Assembly (NCBI GenBank): GCA_964188305.1 | Contig: OZ076896.1 | Source of the DNA: Podarcis bocagei | Lineage: Eukaryota | Length of the DNA: 64,000 bases | Direction: 5' to 3' (one strand) | Shown here: in pieces, positions 14,201 to 28,000 of the stretch | How positions within the stretch are numbered: the first letter of the stretch is position 1 | How the letters are laid out: the number at the start of each line of letters is the position of its first letter | Position numbers and translations under genes: made by a program | Notes under the pieces: model-generated | What the model saw: the letters and a program-made list of their open reading frames with translations, nothing else | What the model was told of the DNA's origin: nothing | Databases searched by the model: none

Positions 14201-17200
14201 AAAAATGTTGAGTTATATATTTAAGATCAAAACCCGATAGGGAACCAGCTGAGGATATGGCTATCCTGATACAGTACAGAAGCTGCCACCTGACCTTTTT
14301 TTCAGAAGGTAAACTCCCCACAGTGTTCTGTGATCAAAAACAGATGATAGATGTCTAGACTCCAGCACCCACCATGTAGATGAGTAAAAGCCTAAGGACA
14401 GAACCTGAGGCTGTTGAGACTCTCAGCTACACATTTCAACTGCAACTTCAAAGGAAGGAGGTTGGCTCGTTCCATATCCCACAAGAAGGGGTGACACAAA
14501 GGGAGATTCCTTGGTGGCTAAATTGTCTCTTTTGGAGTGAGCAGTTACGCTTGCCCTCTCGCCCTTTCCTCTGATCCTCATAAGGAGATAAGAGTCAGTA
14601 GCAGCCCTTATATCCTCTCCTTAGCTGACCTCAGCAACTGACCCAAGAGTGATCTTGTCACTGAACTGTGGAAGGCAGAGCAATCAGGGATCTATCCCCA
14701 CATAAAACAAGGCAATGAGAGGAAGGCTCAAACTAGACATTTTATGAAATGTGCATTTGTCACCAGAAATGGCAACATGCTATTGCTTCCTCCCAGCCCA
14801 CATGGAGACAGAGAGACAGAGAAGAGAAAGAATAATGGTGATGCCACGTCATGTATTTTCCCACCTAAACATTGCATTAAAAGGAGTGAAAGATAAATGT
14901 GAAGCTGTCATTTTCAGTGACAAATGCGCTGGGTTTAGCTAGCCATGGGATGTGATTCTAGACATACTTACTAAGCCCTGTTAAACTTAGTAGGCCTCAC
15001 TGCTACTCAGTTGAAATGCTTAGGATTATTTTGCAAGTCAGGTTAAATGTAGGTACTCAGATTTATGTGGTTTCTGGATCACTTCTCATTTCCAGGGAAT
15101 CACAAGTGGGGAGAGGGCTGTTGAGCTCAGGTCCTGCATTTGGGCTTCCCAAAGGCCCAATCTGCTTGGGCACTGTGACGCTGGACTAAATGGGCCTCTG
15201 GCTTGATCCAGCAGGCTCTTCTTACATTCCCCCATGAAGTTGACTGGCAGATATTTGGGGATGTAGAGCATAGTCCTGCATGAAGATTTTCCAAACATCA
15301 TAGAAAGTATTATTGCTTTGCACATGAAGCCCAATCAGAGTCATCAACAAACGTCTATTCAACATGGGTAGTAAGATGTTGTTGCACTTCAACCATCATC
15401 TCCAACCAGCATGGCCAATGATCGGGTCAGGTACAATGGGAACTGTAGTCCAGCAACACCTGAACCCTGTCTTGCAAGCTGTTCCAAAATCACCCCATAG
15501 ACAAATGAATCAACCCTACACAATATTATGGTTACAGTCCTAAACACATTTCCTAGAGAGTCCCATTGAACATAACTAAGAAAAAGTTCCTGGATTTTTG
15601 TTTTTCTCCTCCCTCCTAACCCGTTTTCCCTTTGTGCCATGTCTTTTAGATTCTAAACTTGAAGCCAGGGACTGTCTTATCATTGGCATTTGTATGGGGC
15701 ATTTTTATTCCCTTTTGAATGGGGAATAAAAATGCTTTACAATATATATATTTTTAACCAACATAATGAGAATTACTTCTGAGTAAATATGCTTACAATT
15801 GTACTGCATGTCATATAACAAAGGTGAAACTACATTCTTTCCTGTTCAAATCCTACTTTTTCACTTATGGGACAATGACAATAAAGATTATCGTATCTGC
15901 TTTCAGTAGATCATTAAGCTTTCTTGCTGCCACCATGCATATCAGGGGCAGGAACTTGAGTCCGTCAAACACTGTTGGACTCCAACTCCCATCAGCTCCA
16001 GCCAGCATGGCCAAAGGTCAGGGAATATGGGAGTTGTAGTCCATTAACACCTGGAGGACCACAGGTTGACCACATGTACTTGCTTTGGTTTTTCCTCATA
16101 TTACCTGAAAGTCAATAAAAGTGACTTCCCAGAGCTTGGCTGCATCATTTGTGGAGCTGGGCGTCAGGAGCGCATCATACCTCTGCAAGTTGCTAACATG
16201 TTCACAGTGATAGGAGTAGCTCGCTGGTGCATGTATTTGTGTCGCATTGAACGTTGCTTGTACGGAATGGTTGTAAATGAGTTGGATTCTATGTAAGGTA
16301 AACCAGTTTTGAATGGACAGCTTGTAATAACTGTTGGTCAGCATGAATCTGGGAGAGGAGGAATCAGAGAAATAAAAGAAACAGAGTCTTAGATGAAACA
16401 GATATCACTGTTTCCTTCCATTACTTTTTACCAAGGGGAAATACCCAATTGTATTATGGGGTCAGGCAAAAACCTCTTTGCATTTCCAGTCAATTGAGGA
16501 CAGAATTTAGCTTCTCATAAAATTCACATTTGGGGCTATCAACACCAAGCACATTGCCAGTCAAAGTTAAATACTTCTAAGCCCCATTCATTTCAACGAG
16601 GAAGAGTTAGACACATGGTTAACACTCCTACAGCATTTTATGACAGCATTTTCCTCCATTATAGGACTATCTAAAATGCTTGAAAGCCTCCAGTTTGCTT
16701 AGTGATAAGCAAACAGTTCAAACAGGCTTTAATATAAGATGTTTCCTGATCCAGAAAAAAAACGAATTCATGTTTGAAGACATACCTGATGACAAATCCC
16801 TTCAAATTGTCAATGTCACCAAAATTAAGTGAAAGCCTATGACAAAAAAGAACAATGTCAGCTTAGATCCATAAATGTGAAAAAGAAGAAAGAAGAAAGG
16901 TAGCTAAACTGTATTATTCAAGCCAGTGATTGCCAACCTTTTTGGACTAGTGGGCACATTTTGAGTTTTGAGGAAGTGCTGTAGGCCCTAGTGACGGATT
17001 TGGGCGCCTGGAATAACACAACATGACTGACATGGGGACATGACATAACACAAAATTAGAGAGAGTTCTTGCTGGTCCTGATTGCGGAGGTCACACAATA
17101 CTGATCCCTCACAAGCATGCACAGTGATGCTACTGCTTTTTAGTCACAACAGAGAACATTCCCTAGTACCAGGAGAAACATACAAGGGGCGACACTGCAG

Positions 17201-20200
17201 TCACTGCCTCACATACATGCACGCACTCCCAGCACAGATACAGAGACACAGGCAGTTCTCTCACACTCAACACTCACACGCCTCATATGTACATAGCTCT
17301 CTCTCCCCCCCCCCAAGTGTATCTCTCCCTCTCCCATACACACAGACCATATTGTCATACCACCCTCACACAAACACTGCTGACTCCCTCTCACAGACAG
17401 CAGCATAACACGCCCCTTCCCTCCCTCTCCTCTCACACACAGGCCACACATGCCTCTCCCTCTCTGTCCCCAATACATCTCTCTGCCTTTCACCTGCACA
17501 TTTAGAATATGTTAGGGGGGATTTTCCCTCATTTTGGGGGGAGTGAGGGGGGTGCAAAGTTAAACACTGAAAAGGTAAAGCAGGCTAATAATGAGAAGAA
17601 TTGTGTCTGTATGTTTTGCCTCATTTATCGGGTTCTACAAATGCAAGAAACTTCCTTTTTTAAAAAAAAGCACGAAAGCTGAAAATTTGAGGATTATGGT
17701 GCCTGGAGACAGCAAAGAACCCCTTTGCCGGTGCCATGGCACCCACAGGGACAAGGCTGGAAACACTTCCCTCAAGCTAACTTGCTGGGGTTTTTCCCAT
17801 CTCATAACATACGGCCCTGGGGGTTTGCGCAGGACAGTAAAATATAAAAACTGAGGCAATTCCATAAAACCACAGGCTCAAAGTGATCATAAATGAATTG
17901 AACCTGTTTAAAACTTCCAACCATCCACATAAGCACCATTTAAACAGCCATTAACAAAACCAGCAAACCATACAGGCTATAAATTAACAACCAGATATCA
18001 ATGTCTGTTTCAAGTCTGTTCCTCTCTCTCTCTTGCGGCAACCTTCCAGACTTCTGCAAAGGAGACACTTGGAGGACGGCCAAGGAACCAGGTGTGTTCA
18101 AACTGTGAGAGATTCTGGTCAATGACCATCAGCTGAAGAACCTCGTCCTGGAAGAGAACTGTGACTAGCCTAAATTTATTGAGATCTTCCAAATCCAATG
18201 AAGGATTTGGAAGGATTGCGCCACCACCTTACTGAGGGAGCTGGGAATCATGCTCTTTCTTAGGCCACAAAACACATACATGTAAAGCACTACGATACCA
18301 CTTTCAACAGTCATGGCCATCTCCCTCAAGTAATTATGGGAGCGGTAGTTTGTTAAGGCTGCTGAGAATTGTTGGGGGATCCCTGTTCCCCTCACAGAGC
18401 TACAATTCCCAGTGTGATTTGAAAACTGATCCCTCTTCCCAGGGAACTCTGGAAACTGTAGTATAATTAACCTCTTCTTGCTTCGGTTTCCCTGTTTCCC
18501 CAAACCAACATTTATTCACCTACCCTTCCCTCAGGTTCCAGTTTTTCAGTCCACTGTCTAGCTGTGCATCCTTCCTTCAGATATCTTGGCTCATGGCTCT
18601 CTGTCCTTTCTCTCACCTACATCTTGGAACCTTTCCCCAGTCCTCCCAGCATGCACAACAAACCTTTTTCTTTCTGTCTCTTGGCCCTGTGTGAAGTGTT
18701 CATCTCAGATAAACTGGCAGGTTTACCTTTTTCACAGAAGCTGGACTGCAAATACTCTATTAACTTTATAGCCTGAGCAATAGGGATGTTGGTGAACATT
18801 TCAAGCCATCGAAACAGCTCAGCCACGTAGCATCACAGGCTGCACCAACGCAAAGACAATACTATGTGGGTGTTTCTAAATTTGCTTCACTTGTACACCA
18901 GGCACAAGCAACTCATGAGCACAGTAGGTCATAATCTTACATTGCATTTTCTTCACTGCAGTTTGAATCTGCAACATCCACAGTGGCATGAACACCAAAT
19001 GTCTTGTCTGTTAGGTCCAGCTGTGTGTGATTCTGAAACCTAATCATGATCCTTCTGGCCCAAAAAAGAATACAATGGCTTCCATTGACTGTGATGTTGA
19101 GAGGGCTGTAGTGAGTGTGGATGACAGACTCTCTCTCTGAATTCTCTTTGCTGCTTCCATTGTAATTCACAATCTGCATATAATCAAGGAAGAGTTCAGA
19201 GTTAGCAGGTCTGCCTTTGCAATGAAACAACTAATACCAATAGCAGCATGCAAATTATCTTTGAATCTTTAAGCCAAATGCAGTCCCTGTTATTTCGGCA
19301 TAAAGCATTTCACCATAAAGGGTTTGTGGAGTATGCTGAAAAGCAGTAATTTACTTTCCCTACTCCCAGTGCAAGGCTCAGTGTAAAGCAGAGACTTGTA
19401 GGTGGGTAAGTTTGAAACACAAAAGCTCAAATCCTGGCTGAGGCATAAAAGCTCACCAGACAGTTTTTAAAACTGGCTTCCAGGATTCTGCATGGATAAA
19501 ATGGTATATATGTTGTTAGTACTGTGCAACAGAAATGCTAAAATAATAATCCTCAGGTGAACTTCATGAGCATTGGCAAAGCATACCTGACACACAATTC
19601 AGGGACAGCCAATGTGGAGCTACAAAGATGGGACTACTACTCCCATCATCCCTGGCTGCTGGACATACTGGCTGCAGCTGATGGAAGTTATAGTTCATAA
19701 CACCTGGAAGGCACCAGATTAACTATTCCCTGCTTTTCCAGATGACATTCCAACTGCAGATCATCTAATGTGGACAATTTATCTGTGATATGAAGGACAT
19801 GAGTTTTCCCCCTACACACCATTATGCAGGAATATCTCTTAGCTTATTAAAAATACTTCTGTGAAACTCATTGTGCCATGGTAAAAGTCAGATTAGGAGT
19901 TCAACAAAAGTAGAAAATAGAAATGTAGAAAGTAAGCAAGCAATTTTAATTACATTTTTGTGGAAGTGTGGTGGTGAAAAGAAAATCTGCTTATCTTTCT
20001 TGTCTAGATCCAAACAAAACTATTTGCTTGTCCACTTAGGGAATAGATTCTCAAACTGAAGCCTAAAAGTTATCAGTGGTTTTGTGGGAACTTGGAACAC
20101 AAGATATCAAATCTTAGGTCAGCAATGAGTAACACAGAAAACATGGCATTAATGACTTGGTGGGCAGAAAACTGACATAAGGGAAAGAATCACGATAGAT

Positions 20201-21996
20201 TTTTTTTCAGGAGCAGCCAAACACAGGTATAAACAACTTGTGCACAGGTGCAAGATAACATGTGAACACCCCTAATTGTTCAAGTACATAGCTCAGATAT
20301 TTGCAGACTTTTAAGTTTTGAAGAAATGCAAAGCTCTACTAATAGGCATACATCATTAAAAGCTTTTGAACCCCTGGACTGGCAGAATCCGAGACCAGGG
20401 AGAAGAGTTGGTGGAAGAAGATTGGAGGAAATTTAAAACTTATTTACAGAAACATTGCAAAATTTTTGAATGTTGATGACGTTGAAATGAATTGAAGGGG
20501 TTCTAGCAACAAGGTAAAATGTAAGATGGGATTGATAATAGATAAACTAAATTGGATATGAATTTGCTGAACCAATTTTTAAAAAGGGATACAAAAAAGG
20601 GAGGCGTGAGGAAGTCAGGAAAATAAGTTAACTAAAGATGAGTTAAAAAAAGAGGGAGTTTTGTTTTTTCTTTGTGTGTTTTTCTTTTTTCTTCTTTTTT
20701 CTTCTTTTTTATGCTTAATGTTTGTATTTTTGTATTTTGACTTTGTATTTTTCCTTTTTTTGTATTCTTTTTGAATTTTCTTACTGATAAAACTTAATAA
20801 AATACTAATTAAAAAAAAAGCTTTTGAACCCCTGGTTCTGAGAATTAGTATAATATTTTTTGTAGGATCACTGAAACAGGTACCTTGCATTTTTAGATAG
20901 TAAGCAATGTGTTATCCAAGCTAAGTTCACACCAAGATTACAAACTCAGAGGCTGCACCAAAATCATGCATTCTGCCCCAATATTTTCAACCAAGATCTT
21001 AATGTCTCTTGATTATACAGCATTGCCTTTGCAGTCAATGGAAACTGTGCCAGAGTAAAAGTTGGTCTAATCAAACAGAACTTGCAAGGTGATAAGCACC
21101 TTTCAAAATACATCTGGAACCTTGATTTTTGATTTTGATTTTTTGCTTCACGGTTGAAAAAGATAACAGCTTTCCAATACACAAACTACATATTCCACTG
21201 CAAAAAAAATTCAGACCAGCATAACAGCTACCCTATAGAATTCAGAAGAAAAGTATGGTTATGTGCATCATGGAAGAACTTACAATCCAGTTTCCTGGTA
21301 CCTCCATACCTGTGCAAATGCTATTTGTTGTAAATTAAGTTTTGGTTTCACACTGCCATCATATCGTCGGCCTGAAGAAGAAGAAATAAAAATATTTGTT
21401 GTCTATAGGCTTGAACGCCTTTCAACAACATACATTACTTAATGCAAATAAGAACACCACGTCCTATTCTACAATCTTCTCATTAAAATATAATTCTAAC
21501 ACTACAGAGTTGTATTCATCTAAGTTTTATTCAGACCCATTGAAAATAATGAACATGATGGACGTATCTACCCCGAGTAAAAGTCAGCTGAATACCACCC
21601 ATCATTTTTTAATTCTGTCTTCCCTTTTCATAATATGCCACAAACTGAATTTTGGGTAGAATAGGAAGTACATGTATGTACCTCTTCTTTCTTGAGAAAG
21701 AACAGCTAATCAAAACTGGGCCTTTTAGTGATTCTGGGACTTTCTCCAAGGTGCAGCCAAGCAAGCCAGTTACACTGTGAGCAGGTGCTCATAAACATCT
21801 TGAGATGCTCTCCCTCCTGTTCCCTCTTTCCTATCATTCTCAGGCTATAGCACTGCACATCTTTTGCTTTAGCCACCTCTACTTCTAGACACACGCAGTC
21901 CCACCCACAGGAAGAGGAAAGGGTATATTTACAATGCAGTAAGAACGCAGTGTTTCAGTGTGGTAGGTACTGAACAGGAGGCTTTATTCATCTTCC

Positions 21997-22032
<36 letters not shown>

Positions 22033-25000
22033 ACAACCTATTTCTAGACTGTTCATCAATTAAAGTTCTCTGGGTGATTTCCAAAAGTCAACAAATACAG
22101 TAAGATCAATAAAATAATATCAAAAAAGTGCTATAAAAACTCAGAATCAGCTTAGAAACAGGCCAGCATAAAATTATATATATATATATATATATACCAT
22201 AAGCACACACAAAAAACCCAGCAAAGGCAAAGTGATTTGTGCTTTGATATACTGTACATCCAAGAAAGAAACTTTGGCAGTGGGGGGGTGAGTTTGGTTT
22301 GGATATTTTTTTTCTAAGTCTGGGTTTTGGAACATAATTTAGGTGCCAGAGCAGACCATAGCCAGGGCACCACTGCTGAGAAGGCCCGTTTTATGCAAAG
22401 GAAGACTCTTGTCAGTGAACTAAGGCCACACAATGTCCTAAATCCCTGGTCAGGTTCTCATATGGACAAAAAGCTTCCATACTTTTTTTTAATCATAAAT
22501 TGTATACAGTAACCAAGAACATTGGTGCCACTTCATTCAAAAGGAAGTTGAAAACCTTACCATTTCTTTGTAGCAAGTCTTGGTCAGAGAATGCAAAGAA
22601 ACTGCAACAAAGCAGACACACAAAACAGTAAATCAGCACTATTCTCTCAACTTCTGGACCATACTTATGCTGGGGGAGATCAGTGTTTAGCTAAAGCAGA
22701 ACTGCAAGATAACCTGAAAAACAATGCATTTATTAAATGCAAATGAAATCTCAAAGGCCACAGAAAACACAGCCTTAACTAGCCAGCATGTTGTCCATTC
22801 TGTGGCTATAGCTAGTAGGTCCATTTTTTTACACCTTGGGATGCCTTCTTACAGACACTGACTATTGTCCACTTTCTCCTTGCAGTGTTTGGACCCCCCC
22901 CCCCCGTTCTAGGCTCATTTTGTGACTGGGAATCTCATTAGCACGAGCTGTTTCTGAGCCTAAGATTTCAGATAAAAACTCTCTGAAGACCAGAGAAGAG
23001 ACCCTCTTAAGAATATTAGCGGGGTAGGCAGGGGAAGGACTAGACCATGTGGAAAATGAACACAATGTTTTAGCTGCAGTTCATTCATCTTCAGCCTTGC
23101 ATTCTTGTTATTAAAAAAGTGTGCCTAGACTTTCCGTTGTTGCGTCCATAACCTAGGTGTAAGGTGCCATTTAACTCCTAGCTTTCATATCTCAGTTTCT
23201 AACACTGTCTCTTTGGTACATCCTGACTATTGGAATATCCATCATTTGCTTTCGGAACTATGGGCCTAAGAACTTCTGGGAAGGCGCCCCAGAGACAGGG
23301 GCGTAGCTCGCAGGAGTGGCAGGGGTGGGGCAAGCTGCCCACGGAGTCCGCCTGGTGGACATAAGCCCCATGCTGCCGTTTTGGGCCACACACACCCTCC
23401 CTACGCCCCTGCCCAGCGATCCTCAAAAGGATGTGGCAGAGCAAAGCCTCTTCACCCTGGCACATCCTTTTGACGACTGCCATGGAATTGGGGGGTGGTC
23501 CGGCCCCTCCCTGAAAATATTGGGGGGCCCTTGCCCCCCCAGGCCTCCCTAGATGTCACCTCCTAGGTGCTTACGTCCTGTTTGAGGCATCTCGTTGACC
23601 AGTGTGAGAAAATGATGTTGGACTAAATGGGCATTTGGACATGTGCAGCTGGTTCTTCTTATGCCCTTTTGATTTAATATTAATGTCATAAAAATAGAAG
23701 ATTACAAAAGCCTGAGGGATCTGACAATATTCTGTAGTCCTGCTGATTTTTTTAAAAATTCACCAATACCCTTCACATCAATGCTTCTTGGTAGTTAGTG
23801 AGTGCCCATGTTTTAGACAGATAACACATACAAGAGAGATAAAGAAAGCTGCAAAATGTGCCAGGGGCAAAATTAATATGATTAATTGCATCTGCCTAGA
23901 AATGTGAGATAAGAGGGCATAGCCAGGCCATATGGTTTAGAGGAGCACCTGGAGAATTGCACTTCCAGCACAGCTGCTGTGAAGGCCCTTTGTGTGATGT
24001 TTGGAACGAAACGAAGGTTTATGTCACATTTGAAAAGTTCGTCTCAGAAGGAGCCTAATTGGTGTGAAACATCAATTCACAGCAAGAAGGTGGATCTGCT
24101 TGTTTAGAGGCCCAGCGAGGCGTATGGCGTGTCCCTGAGCAGTTGCTATGAGATGCTGGTTTAGAATCTGACACTTGTGGGAGGTTGCCTTCTGCCTCCC
24201 AGAAAACCACCAGAAAATGAAACCGTGTTTCACGCCAAAGTAACAAGATTCTACTCTCAGCAGGAAAACATCCACAAAGTGCTAAATGTGCACTCCCCAA
24301 TGAAATATGCATAACTCTGCTAGAAACCTGGTGGCAAGAGTAATCTGCGAGCCTCTGCAGAACGCCACAGACTGACAGATACAAACAGCGAGCTTCCCAC
24401 TCCTCGAGAGAAGCAGGTGGTGTTTGTCACAAAGAAGCCTGGCTGGTTATTTGCTTCCTTGCAATTTGCAGACTGTCCTCGTCACCGCTGTGTCTAGGAA
24501 ACCGTGACACACTCCTTGCATGCTGGCCTGTTCCATGGGCTTGTGTGAAGGTCTTGCAATGTGTTAACATGGCCTAGGATTCATTCTGTGGGTTCTGTAG
24601 ATTTCCCATGACAACATATCTAAGGGATACAATACATGTTATGTGACATTTAAAGTAACTTTTCCAGCCACATTTTCCCCCTATTTTAGTGAATTAAGCA
24701 CACACTGGAGGCTATAATTAAGAACGAAGGAAGAACAGGTGGAGAAGAGGCACTTAATGTTATCCTGACCACTCTTTTTCTTGTCAAAATCATCTTCTCA
24801 AACTGCTTTTCCATTGCAGTGTAAAACGTATAAGTCTATCTATATTTTTCCCTATAGGGAGAAAAGCAACTGGGGTTGAGTAATTTTAAGATGAAACAGA
24901 GATGGCAACCACCAGCCCTTCCAGCCACTCCTGACTGCCATCTCCCTTGGCTGCTTTTCATTTTCTCATATTATTTTTAAAAGCCATTTGTTGGGGGGGG

Positions 25001-28000
25001 GGGTAAAGTTACATGTAACTCCATAAAAAAATTCCTTCCAGTAGCACCTTAGAGACCAACTAAGTTTGTCATTGGTATGAGCTTTCATGTGCATGCACAC
25101 TTCTTCACTTCTCATACCAATGACAAACTTAGTTGGTCTCTAAGGTGCTACTGGAAGGATTTTTTTTATTTTGTTTCGACTACAGCAGACCAACACGGCT
25201 ACCTACCTGTAAATGTAACTCCATGTAGCACATAAAAGCACCTTTTCCTCCCACAAAGAATTCTGGACACTGTAGTTTGTTAAGGGTTGCTGGGAACTGG
25301 AACTCTGTGAGGGGTCAACTACAGTGCCCAGAATTCTTTGAGGGAAGGCATGTGCTTCAAATGTGCGTGCACAGCCCAAGTTTGGCTCTGAAACAAAGTT
25401 CCATAACATCGAGCACAGCAATTTGCCCTCCTTGCCATGATGAGAGGGGAGCCAGATCCTGGCAAGCAAGATGGCCTTAGCATTGGAGCTACAGGCAATG
25501 TAAAACCGACATTTCTCACCTTCCCCATTCAGGTCAAAGCTGGAGATATGAGATGGGTAAGTCCTTTTTGCAGTGAAGGGACACAAATAAAATATACACA
25601 TACATATCCTTTCAGAGATTGCCATTGCTTGTGGCATCTGTGTCTATATTGTGAGTGTTCTATATTGTCTCTGGTCAAATTGCTTTCTGACATTTTCATT
25701 GTATTTCAAACTGACCCCTGAAAAGACAAATCAGGATCCCATCTACTTAATTTCATCTCTCCACTGACATGTATGAAGCTAGAAGAAGCAGTTGCTACTG
25801 GCTCCCCACTCCGTGAGGCTACTCCCCTTCTTCATGACCTTTGTACAGTTATAACATTACTGACATTTGATCAGCGTTGATGCCACAGTAGGGAAAGTCA
25901 ATTCAGTTGTTTCGCAGAACTAGTAATCTGCACACAGCCCATGATCCATGTGTTATATAATTTGGGCCTTCAAGCAAAATGCAATCTGGATGTAAACAGA
26001 GCAATACTAGGCTACAATTATATCATTTAATACCTATTTAATACTATTTAATATTTAATACTATTTAATATTTAATACTAGGATACAGTTATATCATTTA
26101 ATACCTGTGCGCTGGTTATCTCATCTATTCCAGATCTGTCACTAGCAGAACTGAAATTGGCTTAGCTCTAATGAACGGCACTGGAACAGCTAATCACTAA
26201 GTAATGCCCAATTACGTAAGATTATATGTATAAAAGGGTATAAGTGCCTACTTATCAGATGGCATTATCCATCAACAAGATAACAAAATCTGGTTTGCTT
26301 ATTGGGAAAAAGGTCATGCAAGAGGATAGAGTTTGTTAGCAATGAACTTGTTAATTAATATGACTGAATCACAGATGGTCAAGGAATATGATGTTGGGGG
26401 GGGAAAGGGCATGATAAGGACTTGTATGTTGTATAATATAACAGTAGGTTATTTTGTTTGATTTTGAACTATGTGTTTTAAAATGCTTACTGGGCTCTGT
26501 ACTATTGCGTTTAAGTGAATATCACAATTAAGATGGTAGAATATAAGCTTGGTGCACAAATCGTGTCAGGTTCAGTTCCCAGGCACTTCCAGGTACATCC
26601 AATTAAAAAGGACCAAATAGCAGGTGATGTGAAAGATCTGAGACCCTGGAGATCCACTGCCAGTCAGAGTAGACAGTAATGGCTTATATGGGCAAATAGG
26701 AAGGAACCTGCTTTCTACCAAGTCCCATGTTCCCACAGGGATGTGCATCCCAATGCTCATGCACATCCAATCAGTAGCAAGCAGAAGGCTGTGTAGTTGT
26801 GGTAATCTATCTGGACATTGAACTAGATTACCCTCATGGTTGCTTCCAACTCTACAATTCTCCGTTTCTATGATAATGTCCACCAGTAATGACTTTCCAC
26901 CTTAGCACTGCCTCATCACCGATGGATTTAAGAGCAGCATCTTCAGCCAATGTTAATGCCAAAACAAGAAGCTGAGCATAAAGTCTCTCAAAGAATTCCT
27001 TCCTTCCTATTGTGGGGACACCACAATAGCTGGTGATTCTTCTTGTCTATTTGGACTCATGCAGGCCAGATGAGGTGCCTGGAATTCAGGCATTCTCCAC
27101 ACTCACAACATGCAAACACTTTCATCTGAAGCAACCTTAGTAGTGCAGACAATGAGATATATAAGAATACATGTTTTATACGCATGCCGTTGTATATTCT
27201 TATACAACAGCAATAATTTCAGCCTCCATTGAGAAGAGGAGCCTCTTCCCTTAAGGACCTCCTGCTTTTATTTCCAGGTGTAAGTTTCCCCAGTGACTTT
27301 GGCACTAAATCAAGAATCACACCCTTTGGCAAACCACAGACATTGGTCGTCGTTATCCCAGAGTGACTCCAGACTCAAAGAGAACCCTGCTTTCCAAACA
27401 GTGCAGATCACTTTCAAGTCATACAGTATATAGATATATTTTCCACAAATATTTTTCTTGAAAGTTGATAGGCACAACGCAGTAGATACAATATATTCAG
27501 GACAGCATCACTGACACGCATCATTTTATGAAGTTTTGATTTGATAACTCTAAACCACTTTCAATGTTTTGTTTTGTTTTGTTTACAATCAAGAGGTCTA
27601 GAGATAGTATGAAATGAAATAAATAATTTCAACAGACACTTAATTGAAAAAGGCCCTTTACTCTTCTTACAAGGAATTTTGTTTTGCTTATGAGCTCAGC
27701 TCCTGCAAGGTTTAACTTGCTTTCCTAACTCCTTTATCTTTGTTTTTTGCAGAAATTTAACATACATTGAAAGATAAGGCAAACTTTAAAATAGTATCAA
27801 GTAAAACTACTAGTTAAGTACCTCCTACTTACTAGTTAATGGTTGAGGAATGAACATGTCAACTTTAAAAATCACCACCACCTCAAAATTATGTTTCATG
27901 CATGTTAAACCAAGAATATGACCATGCTTTCATCAACATAAAATCAGACATCTGGAACTAACTTGTGAGCTGATCCTGCAAAGTTGTTGTTTTTTAAATT

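Noticed and set aside
17209-17557. ORFs in a CA/CT-rich stretch
   Set aside because: Low-complexity intronic sequence, probably TE interior.
20615-20890. Lys-rich 91-aa ORF
   Set aside because: Antisense reading of the T-rich L1 3'UTR.
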